The notes beneath the pieces were generated by a model. It saw only the letters and a list, made by a program, of their open reading frames with translations, was not told the origin of the DNA and made no database searches. From Longimicrobiales bacterium (GTDB lineage Bacteria; Gemmatimonadota; Gemmatimonadetes; Longimicrobiales; Gaopeijiaceae): DNA of 64,000 bases. The stretch spans positions 512,001-576,000 of the forward strand of contig CBDCKN010000013.1 in assembly GCA_965218295.1 (NCBI GenBank), written 5' to 3'. The position numbers and the translations under genes are program-made. Of the stretch, positions 8,222 through 17,799 are shown one piece after another; the first letter of the stretch is position 1, and each line of letters begins with the position of its first letter.

Positions 8222-11200
8222 TTACGGCACAACAACTGGATCCCATCTCCATCCCGACCCCGACAGGGGGAGGGATGGGCGGACGTGTTGTACGATCTTG
8301 CGTATCGCCTCCAAGTCATCCAGTACATTCGTGCGGAAGCGCATCCATTTGCCGGAGATCGACAGCGCTTCGGGATCGCCTTCGCCGATGGAGATATGGC
8401 TCCGGACCCTGGCTTGCGGCGAGGCGGTGCGGTGCAGCCGCCAGAGCTCGCGGGCGTCGGCCCATGCGTTGCCGACGGCCGGGTAGCTCTCCAGCAGCCC
8501 CTCGACATGCTCGAGCACGTTGGGGGCCTCGGCCGCGAGCGTCTCGGGGTTGTCGAGGTAACGCCGCCAGAACTCCGCCCACCCTTCGCCGATCGACTGG
8601 TCGCTGATCCCCTGGGCCAGGTCCTGGAGCTCGCCGCGCACGGCGCCCGGAAGAGTGGCGAGCTGCGCGTTGTCGATCCCGCCCTTCGCCGTGGCCCCGA
8701 AGAGGAGCTTCTGCATGAGGTGGCCGTACTCGTGGCCGAGAGCGGGGACGTCGGACAACGAGACGGAGCGAACGACCTGGGCGCGCGGGTCTACCTGCGC
8801 GAGAGCCCTGCCGAAGATGCCGCGCTTTCGGACCTTGCCCTCGGTGACCTTCACGCCTTGGAGCGCCTGGTGGAGAGCCTTTTGCAGATCGCGCACGATC
8901 GTCATCGCCTTGGGCGCCTCGGTCGCCGTGCCTTCGGTGAACTCGCCGGCGCCGGCGAGCTGTTCCGAAAGCTGCGCGGTGGGGGCCAGCGGGAGAATGC
9001 CGCCCCCTCCTCTCGCTTCACGCACGCGCTCGGCCTCGGCCTCGTACTCCTTCTCGAGGCGCGCGACCTCTTTCTCCGCGTCGGGAACCCGGTCGGCCGC
9101 GGGCTGTCCCCGGGCTTTGATACGAAGGTGGCGGAGCTCGCGCTCGGCTATCGTAAGCTCTTCGGAGATTGTTACCAGGGACGGCTCGGTGGCCGGGTCG
9201 AACGGGGTCTGCTCGCGGGGAGCGAGCGGGTGGACGCCGGACGGGGGACCGCCGCTGTCTGCGTTGGGGTCGGTAACGCCGGTCCGCTCGACGAACTTCG
9301 CCCACGCGGTGTCGAGGAGCTGCTTTAGCTTGGCCTTCGCCGCCTTGCGCTCGTCGAGGGGGTTACTCTCGTCGCGGATGATCGCATAGAGCTTGTGAGA
9401 TTTTTTCTGTTGCTCGGCGATCTCCTTCGGCACGAGCTGAAACTCGACGGACAGCCGCCCGGTCGGGTCGACCAGTTGAATGTGGCGAGCCCGGTAGCCG
9501 CCCCGCGAGTTGTCCCACATGAAGTCGTCATCCGCGACCTCGCCCCATGGAGGCCTTTGCCAACCGAGCTCTTCGATCGCGGCGATGGCCTTCTCCGCAT
9601 CCTCGAGGGTGTCGATCGACATGCGGCCCCCGAGATAGTCGCCGATGATCGAGGGATCGTTCCCGCGTTGCCCCATCTTCTCGAAGAGGCGCTCGTCGCC
9701 CTTGACCCTGGCGCTCATGAGCTTCGCGCCGGGAACATCTCGCTGTACCCGGCGTATAACGTCACGGTAGGGTTGCGCGAGGTCGGCTGCTCTTCGCTTG
9801 AGTTCCTCGACGTCGCTGCTCTGCTGAACGATGTCCCACCCTCCGGGAGACTTGACGATGGGTAAGCTAAAAGTGCTTGGCGGTCCCTCCCTCGACGGTC
9901 GCGTAGTCGGTCGCTGGGTCGAGGACGAGGAGGCCGGCAGAGATTGGGTCGAGACCTGGCGCGGCCCCGAGCGGGGTTGGGAAGAGGGAGGCATGGATGC
10001 CGGTACCGTCATGGGCTCCCCCGAGCTCTCCCCGAAGGGGCTCCGGACCTTCGGCATCCCCGAAGACTCCTGAGGCGCCAGCCCGAGCATTTGCCGGAGC
10101 GCAGTGGCCGGATCGCCTCGTGGAGCGAGAGCGGCCTTTTTGGAGAAGATGCCCCGCGACTCTTCCGCCCCCGGGGCGGCGTAGCCGAAGAGATCGTCGC
10201 TCGCCCCGCCCCTGGTGAACGCTTCCGCCCGGTTCGCGTAGGTGCGGAAGGCGTCGCGCACGCTCCCCTTGCCGCTCTCCAGGAACTTCGCCATGTCGAC
10301 GGCGTGTTCGGAGGGTTGCCGGCGGTCGAAGTCGACCTGAGCGACCAGGTCGCCGATCGTCATGTCGCCGGCCCTCGCCGCGCTCAGTAGATCGACGGCC
10401 TCCCTGACGAGCGGACCGATCTCCCACCCGCCTCCGATGCGGTCCGCTCGGATGATGGCCGGCAGCGACGTGTCGAGCTTGCGGAGCACGGCGGGCGGCG
10501 CCCGGCCGATGACGTCCGGATCGCCCAAGGCCGTGGCGTAGAACATTCTCTCGATGAGCTGGCGGCCCTCCTCGGTGGCCGCCCCCGTCGCCGCGTCGGC
10601 GAACCGGGCCCGCTCGCCCTTCGTGATGACCGCGTCCTCGACGAGCTTGCCGAGAAAGTCCTTGCCGGCCTTCGTGCCCATGTAGGACCGGATCGTCGCG
10701 TCCGGATCGGCCGTGGAGGCGAAGTGGTCGAGAGCTCCCCGGGCTTCGCGGAACTGCACGGCCTTGCCCTTCGCCTCGCTCAAGGGATCCTTCGTCTTGC
10801 CGATCGGAGCGTCACTGCTCTCGTTGAGCGCTCGGAGCTCCTCGATGTTGGTGACGTCCACCTTCGGGTCGACGATCTGACGGAAGAGCACGGGTTTCGC
10901 GATGGAGGCGACCCGGGCCGGATCAATGCCGAGCTCGGCCGCCCGCCGCTCGACGCCTTGTTTGAGCTCGGCCGCTCCGGCCTCCGTCTCGTAGAGGCGC
11001 TGTTGTGCGATGAGCCGGCCGTTTCCCGCCACTACGATCCCGGCCGGCGCCGCGACGGGAGGTCCCTCGGCAACCGAGGACGTGGGGTCGAGCGCCCGCT
11101 CGACGTCGAAGCTCGAGACGATCTGTTCGGTGTGCTCGCGCGCTTGGCGGCCGCGGCGGCCGTGATAGGCACGGCCCTGGATCTCGGCCGGGAACTCCTC

Positions 11201-12442
11201 CGCGCCTCGCTGAGCGTAGTCGGACGTGTGGCTTGCCTTGAGCCGGTCCGCATCGGCCACGGTGTAGATGGTCTCGACCTTGCGGTCGTCGCCCGGGAAG
11301 ACGGACCGCTGCCGGCGTTTCGGGTCGATCGTCTCCGGAGCCTCCTCGACGACCCGCTCCCGAGCCCATGTGGGTGTTTCGGGAGTAACGGCGTCCGGTT
11401 CACGGATAGGCGGGATCGTTTCACCGGGAGACCGGATCGTTTCACGGACCGATTGAGGGTCAATCGACCCCTGTTCGGGAGGCAGCCCCCGCTCGCCCCG
11501 TATGGTCTCGATGGCGCCCTCGAGCTCCTGATCCCTGCGCTCGAAGACCGAGGGGCCGGGGCTCGCGAGATCGCCCTCTATGGCCTCGGGAGTTCGGGAG
11601 GTCTCCGGTAGGGTGTCCCACGGGTCCGTCGAGCGCTCGGGTGCCGTAGGGGCCTCCCGGGGGGCTTCCGTGCGCTCGGCCGGAGTGGCCCCCGTCTCGG
11701 TCGGAGCGGCCGTGCCCCCGGCGGCAATCCCTTTCGCCGTCTCGATGGCCCGCGAGAGGAGCGGAGGAGCTGTCCTCTCGGGGAGTCGGCCGGCAACGGC
11801 GTCGCCGCCGGCTCCGAGGAAGACGCCGGCAGCTCCACCGCGAATCGCCTCTTCCTTGATCCGGCCAACGTCGATGGGAGCGCCCGTGCCGATCGCGGCC
11901 GCGCCTTGCGAGACGAGCGACTGGCTCCCTTCCGCGAAGGTCTCCTCGGCGCCGCCCCGCACGGCTCCCCTGAGGAGCGGGCCGAGCCCTTGAGCGGCCC
12001 CCCCCTTGGCGAGAGCTCCTCCGATGCGCGCGGGCATCAGGATGTCGGCAGCGGCGTAGGGAACCGCTCCCCCGAGCACGAGGGCGTCCATGGCCGCCCC
12101 TTCGTCCATACCCGCGTCCTCGAGCTCGCCACGGATGTCCCCGACGCCCATCAGCCAGCCGGGCAGCGCCGCGCCGGCCATCGCGCCCAACGGTCCCGCC
12201 AGCAAAGCGCCCGCCGTGCCGCCGGCGATGGAGGGAACGGAGGTGGGGAGCGCTTGGCCCAGGTTCTCCGCGAGCCAGGTGACGGGAGCCTCGCGAAAGC
12301 CGGGGCTCTCCCACTCCTCGGCCAGGCGTTCGCCGCGCGCCTCCGCGGCGGCCTCCATGCGGCCGCCGATCCCCTCCGCCCCGAATTGCTCGAGCACGTT
12401 GCCGGCGAGCTCGGGAACGGTGGCGGAGGCTCCTCGCTTCAA
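8222..12442 (-). CDS. large polyvalent protein, truncated at both ends: ddrB-like ParB + RelA/SpoT synthetase + zincin-like metallopeptidase
   Basis: About 11283-10190: LKASH..FPAEIQGRAY..EGPPV..VVAGNGRL; about 9840-9295: RVKG..LFEK..IGDYLGGR..GGYRARHIQL..VEFQL..SHKLY; about 8900-8480: GHEYGH..EGWAEF; in-frame TAG at 12449-12451 just upstream. Confidence 0.8.
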   Translation of the reverse strand: MKRGASATVPELAGNVLEQFGAEGIGGRMEAAAEARGERLAEEWESPGFREAPVTWLAENLGQALPTSVPSIAGGTAGALLAGPLGAMAGAALPGWLMGVGDIRGELEDAGMDEGAAMDALVLGGAVPYAAADILMPARIGGALAKGGAAQGLGPLLRGAVRGGAEETFAEGSQSLVSQGAAAIGTGAPIDVGRIKEEAIRGGAAGVFLGAGGDAVAGRLPERTAPPLLSRAIETAKGIAAGGTAAPTETGATPAERTEAPREAPTAPERSTDPWDTLPETSRTPEAIEGDLASPGPSVFERRDQELEGAIETIRGERGLPPEQGSIDPQSVRETIRSPGETIPPIREPDAVTPETPTWARERVVEEAPETIDPKRRQRSVFPGDDRKVETIYTVADADRLKASHTSDYAQRGAEEFPAEIQGRAYHGRRGRQAREHTEQIVSSFDVERALDPTSSVAEGPPVAAPAGIVVAGNGRLIAQQRLYETEAGAAELKQGVERRAAELGIDPARVASIAKPVLFRQIVDPKVDVTNIEELRALNESSDAPIGKTKDPLSEAKGKAVQFREARGALDHFASTADPDATIRSYMGTKAGKDFLGKLVEDAVITKGERARFADAATGAATEEGRQLIERMFYATALGDPDVIGRAPPAVLRKLDTSLPAIIRADRIGGGWEIGPLVREAVDLLSAARAGDMTIGDLVAQVDFDRRQPSEHAVDMAKFLESGKGSVRDAFRTYANRAEAFTRGGASDDLFGYAAPGAEESRGIFSKKAALAPRGDPATALRQMLGLAPQESSGMPKVRSPFGESSGEPMTVPASMPPSSQPRSGPRQVSTQSLPASSSSTQRPTTRPSREGPPSTFSLPIVKSPGGWDIVQQSSDVEELKRRAADLAQPYRDVIRRVQRDVPGAKLMSARVKGDERLFEKMGQRGNDPSIIGDYLGGRMSIDTLEDAEKAIAAIEELGWQRPPWGEVADDDFMWDNSRGGYRARHIQLVDPTGRLSVEFQLVPKEIAEQQKKSHKLYAIIRDESNPLDERKAAKAKLKQLLDTAWAKFVERTGVTDPNADSGGPPSGVHPLAPREQTPFDPATEPSLVTISEELTIAERELRHLRIKARGQPAADRVPDAEKEVARLEKEYEAEAERVREARGGGGILPLAPTAQLSEQLAGAGEFTEGTATEAPKAMTIVRDLQKALHQALQGVKVTEGKVRKRGIFGRALAQVDPRAQVVRSVSLSDVPALGHEYGHLMQKLLFGATAKGGIDNAQLATLPGAVRGELQDLAQGISDQSIGEGWAEFWRRYLDNPETLAAEAPNVLEHVEGLLESYPAVGNAWADARELWRLHRTASPQARVRSHISIGEGDPEALSISGKWMRFRTNVLDDLEAIRKIVQHVRPSLPLSGSGWRWDPVVVP
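9858..10073 (+). CDS. 71-aa acidic Trp-rich protein nested antisense within the polyvalent gene (candidate antitoxin)
   Basis: GGGAG RBS at 9845-9849, ATG 9858, TGA 10071-10073; the host frame here reads as an S/P/T-rich shadow peptide. Confidence 0.6.
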   Translation: MGKLKVLGGPSLDGRVVGRWVEDEEAGRDWVETWRGPERGWEEGGMDAGTVMGSPELSPKGLRTFGIPEDS

Positions 12443-12976
12443 GCCCTCCTAGCCAGCACGGAACGGGGGCGGAGATCATCCGGCCGACGCTCATGCCCGG
12501 CTCTTGCGGAGCGTCACGGAAGCCCAGGCGGCCCGGCTGAGCGTGGCCGGCCTGATGCGTCGGCGTGCACTGGGGCAGCCGGTGCGCATCGCGGCCGCTG
12601 GGAGGCCCCCACGTGCCTCCAGAGGAGCCACGAGAGGCCTTGGACGTCCCCCGAAAGGCGGGGGAGGGTCCCCAGACGGCCCCAGGACGTCCAGGAGGAC
12701 CGATGGACGAGCCCTCAGAGCCCCGGAGCGCGGCGATCTCGGCCGCGCCCGACCCCGTAGGATCCCGTCAATCCTTTCCCGAGAGGTCCCAGCGGCCCCA
12801 GGAGGTCCGAAACGAGTCCCTCAGAGCCCGTCAGCGCGGCGATCGCCCGGCGCTGACGTCCCATACCCCTGGGAAGCTCATCCTCCAGGACGGATTGGAG
12901 CCTCTCCGGGCTCGCTCCGCTTGGACCGGGTCGCGACGTTCCGGCCGATGGAAAGCCGGACCGGCAGGCCGCTAGT

Positions 12977-13402
12977 TCAGGCGCCGCACCTGCAATGGTG
13001 TTCGAAGCGTTCGAAGTCGCGGTCGTTCGTAAGAATGGTGCCGATGCCGTGCTCTCGGCAGAGCGCGGCACTCTGCGCGTCGAACATCAAGTTGCCGCGC
13101 GAATCCGCCTGGCGAGCGACCGCAATGAGAAGTTCGAGGAATTCCGGACCCGGACGGACAACCTCGCAGCTCGGAGCGTCGGCGATGCCCGCGATGAACG
13201 CGGTCGCCTGAGCCACGGTGGAAGGCGGATTGAACACGCGCCGATGCGTCACCACCCGCATGAATTCCGTAACGCAGAAGACCGGGAGAGCCCAGCGCTC
13301 TGCCCCCTCGGCCAGAGCGACGAGCCGCGAGGCCGCCGCGCCATGCAGTTCGGTCTCGCCACGGTGTGCGTAAATCAGAATGTTGGTGTCAACGGCAATC
13401 AC
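12977..13402 (-). CDS. vapC: VapC-family PIN-domain toxin
   Basis: IAVDTNILIYAH, EFMRVVTH, GNLMFDA, ILTNDRDF. Confidence 0.9.
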   Translation of the reverse strand: MIAVDTNILIYAHRGETELHGAAASRLVALAEGAERWALPVFCVTEFMRVVTHRRVFNPPSTVAQATAFIAGIADAPSCEVVRPGPEFLELLIAVARQADSRGNLMFDAQSAALCREHGIGTILTNDRDFERFEHHCRCGA

Positions 13403-13641
13403 GCGCGGTCGATCACGTCATAAAGCGCGTCCCGGTCGGAGATGTCGACATTGGGTGGCTCGTCCCCGGTCACGGTCTCCAACCGCAACCGGAAGGCCGG
13501 TTTCCTGCTACCCGCGTCCGTCAGTCGTGCACGCAGCGCATCCTCGACGAATCTCGTGAGCGTGATCCCGTCCCGTGCCGCCCGCCCCTTGGCCGAGCGC
13601 AGAACCTGATCGTTCAGATTGAGCGTGGTTTTCACGCGCAA
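13399..13641 (-). CDS. VapB-type RHH antitoxin
   Basis: KTTLNLNDQVLRSAKGRAA...LTRFVEDALR...VDISDRDALYD; overlaps vapC start. Confidence 0.85.
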   Translation of the reverse strand: MRVKTTLNLNDQVLRSAKGRAARDGITLTRFVEDALRARLTDAGSRKPAFRLRLETVTGDEPPNVDISDRDALYDVIDRA

Positions 13642-13740
13642 AGCCCGCTAACACCGTTGCGTATGGCTCAACCATATCACTAGGGAACATGCATGGAAAG
13701 CCGTTCACGCCGTCATGCGCCGCGCGCGGCGCTATCTTCG

Positions 13741-13766
13741 TGTCCGATATTTGCCATTAACGGACA
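13741..13766. promoter_or_regulatory. lox-like putative recombinase crossover site
   Basis: TGTCCGATA-tttgccat-TAACGGACA: 9-bp arms matching 8/9, asymmetric 8-bp spacer, 34 bp before the recombinase ATG. Confidence 0.5.
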
Positions 13767-13800
13767 ACTTTAGAAACTAGGGAGAAGGGAGACGATTCTG

Positions 13801-14785
13801 ATGGGCAAGGCGCTAGTTGTCGGGACACGGAGCGGGAGCGGGGAGGCCCTCGCCGCCGCGCTCTCGCTCGCTCAGGAGAACATCGTCCGGGACGCCATCG
13901 AGGCCAGCCACGCGCCGGCCACCCGCCGCGTCTACGCATCCGCATGGGGTCGCTTCGCCGCTTGGTGCGAGGCCCAACAAGGCCACCGCAGCCTTCCGGC
14001 CGCGCCCGAAACCGTAGCCGCCTACCTGGCCGAACGCGCCCAAAGCGGGCTAGCGCCCGCGTCGATCCGCCTGGACCGCGCCGCCATCCGTGCAGCGCAC
14101 CTCGCCGTGCAACTCCCGTCCCCCACGGAGCACCCCGGCGTCGCCGCCGTCACGCGGGGGCTCAGTCGCAAAGCCGCGCTCACCGGCCGCACCACGCGCC
14201 AAGTCGCCGCGTTGACCGGTGAGGCCCTCGCAGCCGTCCGTGCAACCGCCCTCACCCCGCGCCGGGGGCCATCGGGCCGCCGCCTCGAATCCAAAACCGC
14301 CGCGCGCAGGCGGGGCAACGTGGACATAGCTCTAGCCTCCACGATGCGCGACGGACTGCTAAGGCGCTCCGAAGCCGCCGCGCTCACTTTGGGTGACGTC
14401 GAGCTACGCAGCGACGGAACGGGACGCATCCTAATCCCACGGAGCAAGACGGATCAGGAAGGCGAGGGGGCCGTGCAGTACCTCGGCAAAGACGCCGCCG
14501 CCTCGCTCCGACTGATTCGCCCGGCCCGCGTCGAAGCCGCCGCGCGCGTCTTCGGGCTCGCTTGTGGCCGAAGCATCGCCCGCCGCCTCGCCCGAATGGC
14601 TACCGGCCGCCGGGCTCTCCGGTGCGTTTAGCGGTCACTCCGGGCGGGTAGGCATGGCGCGCGACCTGGTAGCCGGCGGCGCGAGTGTCGCTGCCGTACA
14701 GGTCGCCGGCCGATGGGAGTCCGCACGGATGCCCGCTCTCTACGCACGGGGTGAGCTAGCCGCCCGTGGCGCCGTGGCTCAGTAA
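13801..14785 (+). CDS. Cre-like tyrosine recombinase, frameshift near 14600
   Basis: TRRVYASAWGRFAAWC, LLRRSEAAAL, RSKTDQEG; second frame FSGHSGRVGMARDL...AGRWES.RMPALYAR. Confidence 0.85.
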
Positions 14786-14925
14786 CTACGGTTGAGTGCA
14801 CCCCCGCCCGTCCCATTTCCCCCCCTGGCCGGGGGTGCCCCGCGTCCGCAGACCCTCCGGAGGGAGGCCCTGGCGACCGCCGCGGCGGCCGTCGATGGCT
14901 GATGACGTCGGTCATGCTTTGAACG

Positions 14926-15616
14926 CTACAGCGCGGCCGCGCCGGGCGTCAGTGACACTTTCGCCAGTGTCGGAACCGCCAGGTGTGTCCGGTTTTTTAC
15001 GTCTCGAGGAGGCTCCGGTTTCTCTGGTCCGAGCTCGAGCTTGCGGCGCACGATGTCGATCTTGGCGCGCACGGAGCTCGCGGACGATGGCGCCCCGGAT
15101 CTCGGACGCCGAGTAGGTGTGCGTCTCCTCGGCAACCTTGAGCTCCTGCCTGAGCTCCCTCACCGTGAGCGTCCGGGTCCTGCTTCGGCTCCTCGGGAGG
15201 CACCTCCGGATCCGTGTCCAAATCGGTGTCCAAAGTGTACAAATGGATTCCCCTGCGCTCGAGCCAGTTGTGCACCTTGCCGCCGATGATTTTTGCGTCC
15301 CACCACCGTCTCCGCCACCACGGCGCCGTCAGGTATCGCAGAGCACTCTCCGCTGCATCGAGGCGCGCCGCAAGTGGAGTATCTTATGGGTGTTATAGAG
15401 TTCGGGGATCGCCATCACGTCGCCCCTCGTGGTGAGCTTCGCCTTGTACTTGCGACCCCTCGCCGCCTCGCTTTCGGTCTCCTGCGCCAGACGCCTTTTG
15501 TCCACGTCAAAACGCCCGTCCATGTACGCCTCTTGTGCACCCGGCGTGTGCACGAGGAGGAGGCGCTCGGGCATCACGAACGAGGACCTCCGCGACGTCG
15601 CCCGGGACCGCTTCAC
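14926..15616 (-). pseudogene. fragmented hypothetical protein (mobile-element type)
   Basis: Protein-like segments spread over several frames (AYMDGRFDVDKRRL..., HNWLERRGIHLY..., VRELRQELKVAEE...). Confidence 0.35.
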
Positions 15617-15639
15617 TCCCTGGGCCTGGTGACGTGGCG

Positions 15640-15900
15640 CGACACGACGACCCGTGGGATGCGCTAGGACCTACCGGGCGCCCCGGTACGGCCGTCGCCA
15701 CAGTGGACCCGGCCAGCCAGGCGCGCCGGCCGATCCGTGGGACGAGCTCTTCGGAGCTCCCGTCTACTCGCCAACCCCCGCAGCTCCGGAAGCTCCCAGG
15801 GATGGGCCTCGGGGAACGCCTGGCCCGTCCGTTCCGTGCGTTCGGGGCCGGTCTCGAGCGAGGAGCGACCGCGACCGTCCCCGAGCTCGGGGGGAACCGC
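15640..15900 (+). pseudogene. inverted fragment of a polyvalent-protein N-terminus
   Basis: DPWD repeats and RPFRAFGAGLERGATATVPELGGN versus PFRAG*EGLKRGASATVPELAGN at 12397-12470 (-). Confidence 0.7.
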
Positions 15901-15949
15901 TAGCACCGCTGACAGCCGGATGGTGCGGTGACAGCTCATTCGGATTCCT

Positions 15950-16500
15950 GAATGGCTGCTCGCGGGGAGCGAGCGGGTGGACGCCGGGGGGGTGCTACTC
16001 CTTCTCGGGTCTCGGGAAGCTCAGGCGATGGACTATCCCGGTCGCCTTGTCGAAATCGAACACCCCGTTGGTCTCGAAGTCCTCGTCCTGTTCAGATGCC
16101 TCGTGGACGGGTAGCCGCCGGGCGGCAGCGTCTTCCTCTCGGGTTGTTTGTCTTTGGGCATTCGAGCCTTCCTCGACGAGGCGTGGCGGCTGGCCGAACT
16201 CGACGCCCCTGGTCCAGCCACGTGAATCTACTGACGCCCCAGAGTGTGTTTTCAACTCCTCGAAAGCCGTCTGCGGGTTGGTCCCCATGACGTCGAGCGT
16301 ATAGATGGGGTCGACGAACCTGCCCGAGCCGAGGAACCGCGAGACGGTGCGGCCGGCCGCGAGCATCGGCGCCAGGTCGACCAGGTACAGGTCCGTGACG
16401 TAGCCGGCCCGCATCGAGCACGTCGAGGAGGTCCTGCACGGGGCCCGTTGAAGCTGCCGACCCAGGGGGGAACGACGACGTTGTCGCTGTTGGCCGGGAT
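15950..16500 (-). pseudogene. Zeta-toxin-like P-loop kinase C-terminal half, followed by polyvalent-protein linker
   Basis: DNVVVP.VGS / QDLLDVL / AGYVTDLYLVDL...RTVSRFLGSGRFVDPIYTLDVMGTNP.TAFEELK, then GVHPLAPREQ as in the 1406-aa protein; Walker A not present. Confidence 0.6.
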
Positions 16501-16828
16501 GGTCCGACCGTCGGGTGTGCTTTGGGAGGCCATCATGAAAAGGGGGGGCATGCGCCGTTCAAAGGGCTGGGCGGAAGAACTGCTGTTGACAGAGAGAGGG
16601 AGTGGCGGCGGCTGGCGGCCCCGGAGCCCGTTACGGGCGATTCTACGACCTCGAGGGCGGGGGGGGGTCGCCCGGTCCCCTCCCCGGCCCCTGGAGGAGG
16701 CTCCCCGGCCGGCGGACCCTACCGCGACGGAAGGCGTCAGGCGCGTTCTACGGGGCCTCTTGCTACCATCTCCGCAGAGGGTCGCTCCCGCCCCGCCCAA
16801 GTCCCTGCGGGAAGCTAGGCCCTCGTCG

Positions 16829-17056
16829 TCACAGTCTTTCCTCGAATGCCGAACGAGGCACTCCGGACTGGCGGATGATCGCCATCAGCGTGCCGGTGCG
16901 CAGCTCTCGATGATCCGGCACCGGAACGGTGACCGTGCCGTCGGCATCCGTCTTCTGCATCGCGATGTGGCTGCCGCGCCGCCTGACTTCGACGAAACCG
17001 TTGGTAGCGAGGATGCGGCAGACCTCGCGACCGGACAGCACGCGCAGTCTAGCCAA
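16829..17056 (-). CDS. hicA: HicA toxin
   Basis: LSGREVCRIL..GF.EVRRRGSH...VPVPDHRELRTGTL..IIRQSG. Confidence 0.92.
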   Translation of the reverse strand: MARLRVLSGREVCRILATNGFVEVRRRGSHIAMQKTDADGTVTVPVPDHRELRTGTLMAIIRQSGVPRSAFEERL

Positions 17057-17270
17057 CTACGACCTCAATCTGGGTCACATAGACTTCGCCGCGCAGCCGC
17101 CTGTTAGCTTCGTCGGCGGGTGCGGTTTCGAAAAACAGGGCGAGGGCTTCGGCCAAGTTGTCGCGCGCCTCGGCCACGGTCTCGCCCTGGCTAGCGACAT
17201 CCACCTCCGGGCAGAGCGCCACATAGCCGTCGCCCTCGCGTTCGACGATCGCGGTCAAGCGTCTGTTCAT
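17049..17270 (-). CDS. hicB: short HicB antitoxin
   Basis: LTAIVEREGDGYVALCPEVDVASQGETVAEARDNLAEAL. Confidence 0.92.
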   Translation of the reverse strand: MNRRLTAIVEREGDGYVALCPEVDVASQGETVAEARDNLAEALALFFETAPADEANRRLRGEVYVTQIEVVVG

Positions 17271-17799
17271 AATACACGTCTCCCGTGCCAAAGCTGTCCG
17301 GCTCCGGCATTCCCGTGGCAACAGGCGATGAATCGCTGTGTAAGGATTTTTTGCCGGGCACCGTCCCGGCTTCACGAGTATAATGTCACGACCCGGACTT
17401 TGGGGCTGATCTAGTCGGCTCCGGAATGTTCAACGTGCCCCGCCTCGAAGCGGGCGGCCAGGTATTCGGCACGGTCCCGTCGGACCCCGGAATCACGAAG
17501 CCCTTCTGGCGGAGATCCTTCAGCGCCGTAAGGTGGCCCATTCTGCCCCTCCTCGATCACGATGGGCGGCTGGCCCTGCTCCACGTCTTGATCCAGCCTC
17601 TTGAATCTACTAACAACCCCCAGGATTCTGTGCCCCGAAAGTGAGGGGGGTGGTGAACACCCGTACACACGCCCGTGTACACGTCCGTAAGATTTCCGAC
17701 CATCCCGTGTGCGTCCCAAGTCGTCCTCCACATTGGAGATACGAGGTCACGCACGATCCCCCCCCGCGTGTCAACGGCCATCGAAAGCTGCACAGGTCT

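Noticed and set aside
8285..11993. Other long antisense ORFs over the polyvalent gene (e.g. 8285-9328, 8655-9389, 10724-11611)
   Set aside because: Typical GC-rich shadow frames; the sense frame is protein-like there, unlike at 9858-10073
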